The translations under genes and the position numbers were made by a program. 64,000 nucleotides of DNA, from the NCBI GenBank assembly GCA_964601505.1, contig CAZRNR010000005.1, forward strand, positions 101 to 64,100, in the 5' to 3' direction. The notes below the pieces were generated by a model. That model saw only the letters and a list, made by a program, of their open reading frames with translations, searched no databases and was not told where the DNA came from. Source of the stretch: an uncultured bacterium (lineage in GTDB: Bacteria > Calescibacteriota > Calescibacteriia > Calescibacteriales > Calescibacteriaceae). This document shows positions 56,806-64,000 of this stretch, in pieces. Positions within the stretch are counted from its first letter, which is position 1, and each line of letters starts with the position of its first letter.

Positions 56806-57930
56806 TTATTCACTTTCAATAGCAACTGCAAGAGTAATCCCGCTGCCATTTTTAGACCTAGTTTTTTGCTTTTCAACTAATAGTTTCCCATTTTTAGCAC
56901 AAAACAAAGCGCAAGCTTCCGAAACAGATGGTATCCCAAGATATTTCCTTGCTTGTTCAGATGGATTCTTCACCTCTATTGAGCTAAGTTTATGCTTCTC
57001 AACGAAAAAGACATCAACACCTAATATATTCCTAGCCATATCTGAAAATTTCCTGAACTCCTCATCTTCTTTCTTCACATCAACTGTTGATATAGTCTTT
57101 ATAGATTTCAAAGAAAGTCGATGAGAATCAAAAATTCCGACCAGAAAATCGTATATCTCTTTTGATTCAACACCCTTATCAAAACCAATCCCCACATGAA
57201 GAACGCGAGGATTATAAAAAACTGTAGGAACTTTGAAAATATCTTTTGAAACAAATCTATGCGATATGAAAAGACAAGCTTTAAATTCATTCTGATTCTG
57301 AAGGAATTCTTCAAGATTTGAAAAGTAAGAGAAATTCTCCTGAGGATAAAAGATTTTTTCTCCTGATTCCTGAACTATTGCAACCTTATCATGATTCACA
57401 ACAGATGAAGAAACCTTAACCAGTGTATCGTGATCAGCGGTAATCTTCCACCCAAATTCTCTCCCAAGTATATCAACAGGTATAGTTCCTATTGAATCCG
57501 ATGCTGTTGTTATTACTGGAGTTGCGTTTAGGATCTTGGCAATTTCTCTGCATAACTCATTTGCCCCACCAACATGTCCGGAAATCACACTTATGACAAA
57601 TTTTCCAGCTTCATCTATACACAAAACTGCTGGATCTTGATCTTTACTTTTGAGTTTAGAAGCTATGAGCCTTATAAGAGCTCCCAAAGATATAACAGCA
57701 ATAATGCCATCGTACTTATCAAAAATATCAGATATCAGCTCTTTTACATTTTCAAATGATGTAGCTCCTTCAACATCTGATGCAAACCTCTTGGGCACGA
57801 ATACCGAAACTTTATCAACAAAATCAATGTTTTTTGCAATTGAAGAGATTATTTTCACCCCACCGCGAGTTATAGACAAAAGAGCTACACCATTTTTAAA
57901 TATATTCCTCAGAAGTTCCCGTCTTTCCAT
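56806..57930 (-). CDS. cbiG: Cobalt-precorrin-5A hydrolase CbiG
   Basis: SLGALIRLIASKLKSKDQDPAVLCIDEAGKFVISVISGHVGGANELC...VITTASD, plus a CbiG C-terminal domain. Confidence 0.8.
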   Translation of the reverse strand: MERRELLRNIFKNGVALLSITRGGVKIISSIAKNIDFVDKVSVFVPKRFASDVEGATSFENVKELISDIFDKYDGIIAVISLGALIRLIASKLKSKDQDPAVLCIDEAGKFVISVISGHVGGANELCREIAKILNATPVITTASDSIGTIPVDILGREFGWKITADHDTLVKVSSSVVNHDKVAIVQESGEKIFYPQENFSYFSNLEEFLQNQNEFKACLFISHRFVSKDIFKVPTVFYNPRVLHVGIGFDKGVESKEIYDFLVGIFDSHRLSLKSIKTISTVDVKKEDEEFRKFSDMARNILGVDVFFVEKHKLSSIEVKNPSEQARKYLGIPSVSEACALFCAKNGKLLVEKQKTRSKNGSGITLAVAIESE

Positions 57931-58688
57931 CAGCTTTTCCTTCTCTTCATAACAATATCAGAATAACTTTTTGAATAAACGAAAGATCTTTTACCTTTTA
58001 CTTCAAAAGCCTTTGAAATTATAAAGAGAGCCTGAGAACTTATTCCTTCTTCCCTTACTTTTGAAGCTATATCAGAAAGCTTACCATAAATTATCTTCTG
58101 ATCTTTCCAACTGACCTTATAGCAAACAGCACAAGGAAAATCCGGGGGGAACGAAGAATCAATAAGATCCTTAACTATCTTCTCGACAAAAGAAGCAGAA
58201 AGAAAAAATATAATGGTCGGTTTTTGTTTCATAAATTCCTTTATATCTTCCGGAACTGGTGTTTTTCCAGGATAACGAGTTATGACAATTGTTTGAGTAA
58301 CTTCAGGTATAGTGTATTCTATCTTCAAAGCTGAAGCAGCAGCAATAAAAGATGAAACTCCTGGAACAATTTCAAAATCAATACCCTCCTTTTCCAACAA
58401 GTCAAAATACTCTTTTGTTGAACCGAATATACATGGATCCCCATCGTGAGCTCGCACAACAATTTTTCCCTGATTAAATCTCTCCTTCATCAGATTTACT
58501 ATCTCCTCGACAGTCATACCATGAGAATCTATCTTCTCAGCACGAGGAAACATATCAAGCATTTCCTTATTCATCAATGAACCTGTATATATGATGACAT
58601 CTGCTGAACTCATTATCTTTTGTGCCCTAACCGTCATAAGCTCCGGATCTCCTGGTCCAACACCGACAAAATATATCTTCCCAAACAT
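57930..58688 (-). CDS. cbiF: Precorrin-4/cobalt-precorrin-4 C11-methyltransferase
   Basis: IYFVGVGPGDPELMTVRA, TGSLMN, HDGDPCIFG; 252 aa. Confidence 0.85.
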   Translation of the reverse strand: MFGKIYFVGVGPGDPELMTVRAQKIMSSADVIIYTGSLMNKEMLDMFPRAEKIDSHGMTVEEIVNLMKERFNQGKIVVRAHDGDPCIFGSTKEYFDLLEKEGIDFEIVPGVSSFIAAASALKIEYTIPEVTQTIVITRYPGKTPVPEDIKEFMKQKPTIIFFLSASFVEKIVKDLIDSSFPPDFPCAVCYKVSWKDQKIIYGKLSDIASKVREEGISSQALFIISKAFEVKGKRSFVYSKSYSDIVMKRRKS

Positions 58689-58900
58689 AAATCAGATTAT
58701 TATAGCAGTTTATTTTTGAAATTTATGAATTTTAAATAGGTCTTCAAAAATCCCATAAGCTCGAAAAATCATTCCTAACCATCGGTATCAAAACTCCCTA
58801 TACTATACCAAGCAGACCATTTGGTTTCCTACGTAGTTCTCTTTTGGCAATTTTCAATTCAGTTTGATAATGCCACCAAAAACCATATTTTTTCATTTTC

Positions 58901-59896
58901 TTGCAATTTATAACTAATGTTGAGCTTATGTTTGAAAGGATAGCTGAAGGATTCTTACAGCAAGACAAACTATCGTTGGCAAAAGCAATAAGCTTTGTAG
59001 AAAGAAATCCAGATAAAGCATATGAACTTATAACAGTTCTGTCCCAGAAGACAAATAGAAACCTTTTAGATGAGAAAACTCACATTATTGGTATAACAGG
59101 TCCCCCGGGTGTTGGCAAGAGCACGATATTATCGCAGATAATACAGAGAACAAACTGCGGGGTTATACTATGCGATCCATCATCTCAAGAAGGAGGAGCA
59201 ATACTTGGAGATAGGATAAGGATGGGAGGAGTACAATCAAAAGAGAAAGTCTTCATAAGGAGTCTTGGCACAAGAGGGGAACTTGGTGGGATATCTCTGA
59301 ACACAGGAGACATAATAAATCTATATATACTTTTTGGAATGGAGAAAATAATAGTTGAAACTGTGGGAGTTGGACAGATAGAAACAGAAATATACAAAAT
59401 CGCCGACACCGTGATACTTGTAGTTTCTCCAGAGAGTGGAGACGAAATCCAATTTATGAAAAGTGGGATATATGAAGTTGCGGATATAATAGTTATAAAC
59501 AAGGCAGATAGACCTGCAGCTGACAAGATATATAACGAAATAAAAACGGCAGTTAATCTTGCCAAAACTGTTTTATCTAATCTATCAAAGAAGCAAGAGT
59601 GGGATATTCCAATATTGAAGGTTGTAGCAAAAACAGGGGAAGGAATAGATGAAATGATGAACTATGCAGAAAAGCACAAAGATTTTCTGAAGTCAAAGGG
59701 AATTCTCACAGAGAGGAGGAAAAAAAGATTAGAAAGAGATTTTATTAGTGCAATAGCTAGGGATCTTATAAATAAAATAAAATCAAGCAAAATATATGAT
59801 GAGAAACTAAAAGAAATGCTTGACGGTAAAAAAGATCCATATTCAGCAGCAAGATCAATAGTTCAAAAACTTACAGAGAGCATAAACCAAATATGA
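58901..59896 (+). CDS. meaB: MeaB/ArgK-family G3E GTPase (methylmalonyl-CoA mutase chaperone family)
   Basis: GITGPPGVGKSTI, ETVGVGQ, INKADR. The probable true start is ATG 58928. Confidence 0.8.
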   Translation: MQFITNVELMFERIAEGFLQQDKLSLAKAISFVERNPDKAYELITVLSQKTNRNLLDEKTHIIGITGPPGVGKSTILSQIIQRTNCGVILCDPSSQEGGAILGDRIRMGGVQSKEKVFIRSLGTRGELGGISLNTGDIINLYILFGMEKIIVETVGVGQIETEIYKIADTVILVVSPESGDEIQFMKSGIYEVADIIVINKADRPAADKIYNEIKTAVNLAKTVLSNLSKKQEWDIPILKVVAKTGEGIDEMMNYAEKHKDFLKSKGILTERRKKRLERDFISAIARDLINKIKSSKIYDEKLKEMLDGKKDPYSAARSIVQKLTESINQI

Positions 59897-60042
59897 GAAA
59901 ACGAAATCTAAGCTTGATATCATTTATGCAAAAACCTTATTGTAATAAAGTGTAGGAGTAATTTGTTGATTTATTATTTTTATCTTTATGAATAACATAA
60001 CAAAATATTCACATCAATTAGATTTTATTAAAATTAAATTTA

Positions 60043-60504
60043 GTGCTATATTTCGGAAAAACAGTAAAAAAACTAATGATGATAACCATTTATAACTTAC
60101 TGGTTATTCCTCTTGTATACGCCCAAAATGAAATAAATCTAAAGAAAATTACCGAAGATATAAAACAAAATATCGATAATATAAACTTAATAATACTTGG
60201 AATAAAAAAAAGCCTTGAAGAGAGGACAGAAGAAATCAAAAATTTCAAGGAAAGCATAACTAAAACAGATGCAGCTATAAAATCAATATCCGAAAGGGTG
60301 AAAGAGCTTGAGGAAAAAACAAAGGACAATATGGAGAGAATAAGAGAGTATGAAAGAAAAATAGAAGAAAGCCGAAGACAAATACAAACCAACCTCATGA
60401 TAATAAAAACTTTAGGAATATTAGCCGTACTTTCCACATTCATCTCAATAATAGCACTTATAAGAGCAGAAAAAAAGAGGAGATCAAGAACACTCAGATT
60501 TTAA
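60043..60504 (+). CDS. Exported coiled-coil protein with C-terminal TM anchor (hypothetical)
   Basis: Signal peptide ...PLVYAQNE, heptad-rich Lys/Glu region, C-terminal LGILAVLSTFISIIALI then KKRRSR. Confidence 0.4.
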   Translation: MLYFGKTVKKLMMITIYNLLVIPLVYAQNEINLKKITEDIKQNIDNINLIILGIKKSLEERTEEIKNFKESITKTDAAIKSISERVKELEEKTKDNMERIREYERKIEESRRQIQTNLMIIKTLGILAVLSTFISIIALIRAEKKRRSRTLRF

Positions 60505-60795
60505 ATGAATACGAAAAAAATCAGGATATTTCTTGGAGAAAAAAACGATAGTAAGAGAATATTTGAGACAATACGAATGGCACTAGGAATAACTCTGAAG
60601 GGAAATATAGTTGAACTTTATATCTCAAAAGATGTAAAAATTGATGAACTTGAAAAAGAAAAAAGAGAAGAAATAGATGAATTCCTGCAAGCTCTCACAT
60701 ATATGGGAGGGAAATATGAATTTGTAGAAAACATAAAAAGTATTATAAACCAAAAAGTCATTGAAAAGGGAATTCATGATATATTGGTCTTGTAA
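60505..60795 (+). CDS. Small hypothetical protein (96 aa; weak DsrE/TusD-fold resemblance)
   Basis: ORF starts immediately after the preceding stop codon. Only a vague IRIF....ALG....G..V.LY pattern supports the fold. Confidence 0.3.
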   Translation: MNTKKIRIFLGEKNDSKRIFETIRMALGITLKGNIVELYISKDVKIDELEKEKREEIDEFLQALTYMGGKYEFVENIKSIINQKVIEKGIHDILVL

Positions 60796-60878
60796 ATCAG
60801 GGAATCAAGCGGATTCAAAATCTGTAATAAAATTACAAAAAAGCAAATAAATGATGCAATCTAAATAATAAAAATGAT

Positions 60879-61187
60879 ATGCTTACGAAGGAAGAAATAA
60901 AAAGGAAGATCGAAGAGGAATTGGTAAGTTGGCATTATGACGAATCTTCAAAATACATAAAAAGAGAGATAAAAACGAAAAACTTTAAAGAAACAATGTT
61001 AATTTTGGGACTAATAGGTGGGCTTTCGGAAGCGCATTTTCATCATCCAGATGTAGAGTTCAGCTATAACAGAATACTCATAAAACTCAAAACGCATTCA
61101 GAAAACGCAATAACTCAAAAAGATATAGAATTAGCAAAAGACATAGAAAAACATATAACATCAATACTTGAAAGAGATAAAAAGTAG
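60879..61187 (+). CDS. phhB: Pterin-4-alpha-carbinolamine dehydratase
   Basis: W....S.KYIKREIKTKNFKE...I..LSEAHFHHPDVEFSYNRI.I.L.THS pattern; 102 aa. Confidence 0.8.
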   Translation: MLTKEEIKRKIEEELVSWHYDESSKYIKREIKTKNFKETMLILGLIGGLSEAHFHHPDVEFSYNRILIKLKTHSENAITQKDIELAKDIEKHITSILERDKK

Positions 61188-61190
61188 AAA

Positions 61191-63485
61191 TCAGAACTTC
61201 TTTGAAAGTATTGTTAGAGAGTTCAAGACAACAAGGATTGAGCTAAAAGACATAGATAAAGCAGCAAGCATGGGGTTTATGTAAAGTTTAGTAAAAATTC
61301 CCGCAGCAATTGGAATGAGAACTATGTTGTAAATAAAGGCCCAAAAAAGGTTCATCTTTATAACTTTCACAACGTAATCTGAAATCTTGAAAAGCAATGG
61401 TATATGCTTCAGAGATTGCACAACTACATCAGCTGCCATCTTTGATATATCAGATGCAGAACCAACTGCTATTCCTACATCAGCTAAAGAGAGAACTGGG
61501 GCATCATTTATTCCATCTCCTATCATAGCAACTTTTCCTTTCTCCTTTCTTATCTTCTCCAAAACTTCAATCTTCTCATCTGGGAGCAGACCAGAAAAAA
61601 CTTTATCTATTTTCAATTTCTCTCCAATATTAGATTCAGAAGTATCTCCAGTTAAGATATATAGGTTTTTCTTCCTTTCTTTCAGAAAGTTGACGACCTC
61701 AAAAGAATTTTGATCAAGTTCTTCTTCAAGTAATACCATCCCAACAAATTTTTTTTGCAAAAAAACGAAAATCTCCAAAAGACCTTTATGACGCTCAATT
61801 TTTGGGACTTCAAGTGAAAAATCTTTCAAAATTTTCTCATTTCCCACAATAACTTCTATTCCATCAACTTTTGCATAAACACCCTTACCTTTAAGTGAAA
61901 AGAAGTTTTCGGGAGCTTTTATACTAACATCATGAGCATATTCAAGAATTGATCTGGCTATGATATGTTCTGAAAAGCATTCAGAACTCGCTAAAAGTTC
62001 AAGAAACTTTTCTTTGCTATATGAATTATCAAATATCAATATATCTTTTACCTTCATTTTGCCTCTGGTAAGAGTTCCTGTCTTATCAAAAATCACATTT
62101 TTCAGATGAGAAATGTTTTCAAAAACAGAAGCATTTTTTACTATTATACCATATTTTGAAGACTTACCAAGTGCAGAAACCAGAGCTGTGGGCGTAGCAA
62201 GACCAAGAGCACATGGACAAGAAACAACCAGAACAGATATAGCACGCTCAATGGCAAATGCAAAATCATAAAAAAACCAAAAAGAAAATGCTAAAACAGA
62301 AATAAAAATCACCGTAGGAACAAAAAAGTAGGAAACTCTATCTGCCAGACGCTCGGCAGATGTCTTCTTGAACCTTGACGCCTTTATGGAGCTAATCATC
62401 TTGCGTAAAACAGTCTGCTCCCCAGAACCTTCTACCCTGATCAAACCCCATCCACCTATAACTAAAGACCCACAGAAAACCTTTTCACCCCCTTCCTTCT
62501 CCACAGCTTCAAGATTACCAGTTATGTGAGATTCATCAACCTTTAACCTACCATTTATTACTACACCATCGACAGGGATTCTTGTTCCTTCCTTGCAAAC
62601 GACAATGTCTCCCAAAGCTAAATCAGATGTATCTACAACCGATTCCTTTCCGTCCTTTAGAACAACCGCAGTCTTTGGTTCCATATCTCCTAATTTTTTT
62701 AAAGCTTCGTATGTCTTTCCTCTCACAGAATTCTCTATATACCTTCCAAAAAGAACAACAGAAGTTATAATCGCTGAGGTTTCATAAAAAAGAAAATCTC
62801 CTGGTAGAAAATTTGGGAGAAATGTTTCAATTAAGCTAAATATGTAAGCAGAGAAAACTCCAATTGCTACAAGCACATTCATATCTGCACTAAAAGATAT
62901 AAGCTTTCTAAAGAAACCTTTTGCAAATCTCCTATAAGCTATGGGTATAACGAAAGAGCAGACAGCAAAATCAAGATACTTCAAATCATAATGTAAAAAC
63001 ATTCTCAAGATAAAATACAGAGCAGGTGGTAATGAGATGAGAAAATCCCGTTTCATTTTTCCACTTTCATAAGAAGGTAAATCTTTCACGACCTTTAAAA
63101 CCTTGATCCCAAGCTTTTCAATATCTCTTCGAAGATCTTCAAAACTTCGCGATATATATTCTATTTCTATCTCATCCATAAATACTTCAGCGCGTACAAC
63201 TCCATCTATCTGTTCTATCTTCCTCTCAATTCCAGGATGGTTTGAAAGATTTTCAGTCATAACAGTTATACTATCAGTTATAACCTGATATCCACTTTTG
63301 AGAATAGACAAAGCTATATTTTTGAGTATATTTTTATTGCTATCATTTTCATAGACAATGTAAGCACTTGATTCATCAAGGTCTACTCTAACCTCCTTTA
63401 CACCATCAATTTTCCTTATAGAATTTTCAACAGATGCAACACATCCAGAACATGTCATTCCTCCCAGCCTTACATGTGCATACAT
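61191..63485 (-). CDS. copA: Copper-translocating P1B-type ATPase
   Basis: N-terminal GMTCSGCV metal-binding domain, CPCALGLATP, DKTGTLT, GDGINDAP. Confidence 0.9.
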   Translation of the reverse strand: MYAHVRLGGMTCSGCVASVENSIRKIDGVKEVRVDLDESSAYIVYENDSNKNILKNIALSILKSGYQVITDSITVMTENLSNHPGIERKIEQIDGVVRAEVFMDEIEIEYISRSFEDLRRDIEKLGIKVLKVVKDLPSYESGKMKRDFLISLPPALYFILRMFLHYDLKYLDFAVCSFVIPIAYRRFAKGFFRKLISFSADMNVLVAIGVFSAYIFSLIETFLPNFLPGDFLFYETSAIITSVVLFGRYIENSVRGKTYEALKKLGDMEPKTAVVLKDGKESVVDTSDLALGDIVVCKEGTRIPVDGVVINGRLKVDESHITGNLEAVEKEGGEKVFCGSLVIGGWGLIRVEGSGEQTVLRKMISSIKASRFKKTSAERLADRVSYFFVPTVIFISVLAFSFWFFYDFAFAIERAISVLVVSCPCALGLATPTALVSALGKSSKYGIIVKNASVFENISHLKNVIFDKTGTLTRGKMKVKDILIFDNSYSKEKFLELLASSECFSEHIIARSILEYAHDVSIKAPENFFSLKGKGVYAKVDGIEVIVGNEKILKDFSLEVPKIERHKGLLEIFVFLQKKFVGMVLLEEELDQNSFEVVNFLKERKKNLYILTGDTSESNIGEKLKIDKVFSGLLPDEKIEVLEKIRKEKGKVAMIGDGINDAPVLSLADVGIAVGSASDISKMAADVVVQSLKHIPLLFKISDYVVKVIKMNLFWAFIYNIVLIPIAAGIFTKLYINPMLAALSMSFSSILVVLNSLTILSKKF

Positions 63486-63738
63486 AACAAAAAGTTATGT
63501 CAATAAAGCTACTGACGTATAAAACTCTGAAAATATAAGCCGACAATTCAACTTTCTTCACGGGAATTAACAAGATTCAATGTAAATTAAGTTATCATGT
63601 TCATAAGTTCAGCGTTACTGTAGCAAAAGATGCAAAAATAGATTTGCAATATCTGTTTTCTTTTAATCACCTTAAATTAAATACAAAAAATAAAAAAACA
63701 AAAAAGAAAAAATTAATAAATTACGATTTTTTCAAGAT

Positions 63739-64000
63739 ATGAGGAAGATAAAAGTGGCACTACTAGGATGTGGAAATGTTGGGAAATATGTAATAAAGAA
63801 CATCTACGAGCTATCGGAACACATTAGAAAAACCGAGAACATAGATATCGAAATAACAAAAGTTTTAGTTAGAGACAAGATCAAGCCAAGGGAAATAAAT
63901 GGATTTAAGATTCCAAGAGAAATCTTAACGGTGAGCTTTTCAGATATCATTAATTCAAAACCAGATATAGTAGTTGAGCTAATAGGTGATTATGAGAACG
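63739..64000 (+). CDS. hom: Homoserine dehydrogenase, N-terminal part (runs off the window)
   Basis: MRKIKVALLGCGNVGKYV NAD-binding fold start, ...PDIVVELIG. Not in the ORF track because it is truncated by the window end. Confidence 0.6.
   Translation, partial: MRKIKVALLGCGNVGKYVIKNIYELSEHIRKTENIDIEITKVLVRDKIKPREINGFKIPREILTVSFSDIINSKPDIVVELIGDYEN

Noticed and set aside
58689-58927. Cobalamin riboswitch upstream of cbiF (- strand) or meaB (+ strand).
   Set aside because: No B12-box-like element appears in the right order on either strand. The only loose resemblances (GGTCTGC, AGGGAG) occur in the wrong relative order.

Overview
Low-GC (about one third G+C by eye) chromosomal segment of a diderm, probably anaerobic bacterium. 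Coding is dense on both strands: about 58 protein genes and one tRNA-Tyr. I saw no rRNA, CRISPR array, intact IS element or prophage. Recognisable housekeeping genes are a GyrA/ParC-type topoisomerase subunit, ddl, rapZ, glyQ, moaA-moaD-moaE, rpsB, cobS, tsaC/sua5, ychF, bamA, a ROK kinase, a HisC-family aminotransferase, an RpoH-like sigma factor, yebC, cbiF-cbiG, meaB, a pterin carbinolamine dehydratase, copA and the 5' end of hom. The main accessory region is a ~9.6-kb island (18.7-28.3 kb). It holds three paralogous radical-SAM genes with Cys-rich C-termini, two of them translationally coupled to two paralogous ~490-aa polytopic membrane proteins. A third large membrane protein, a half-size terpene-cyclase-like toroid protein and a divergent UbiA-like membrane protein complete the island. 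I could not match this gene combination to any described system, and I flag it as the best candidate for something new. The second notable locus (38.4-43.5 kb) is a signalling module: PEGA-domain Ser/Thr kinase, FHA-domain sigma-54 activator, a perfect sigma-54 promoter, then a 510-aa secreted protein. Other points include a heme-c/beta-propeller fusion, an HpnN-like MMPL exporter near a MenA-like prenyltransferase, an orphan GldG-DUF4340 pair, a start-less 104-codon open frame next to tRNA-Tyr, and a probable frameshift in a (TTCC)n tract. All calls come from motif recognition in the supplied translations and hand inspection of the DNA. No database search, HMM scan or RNA folding program was run.
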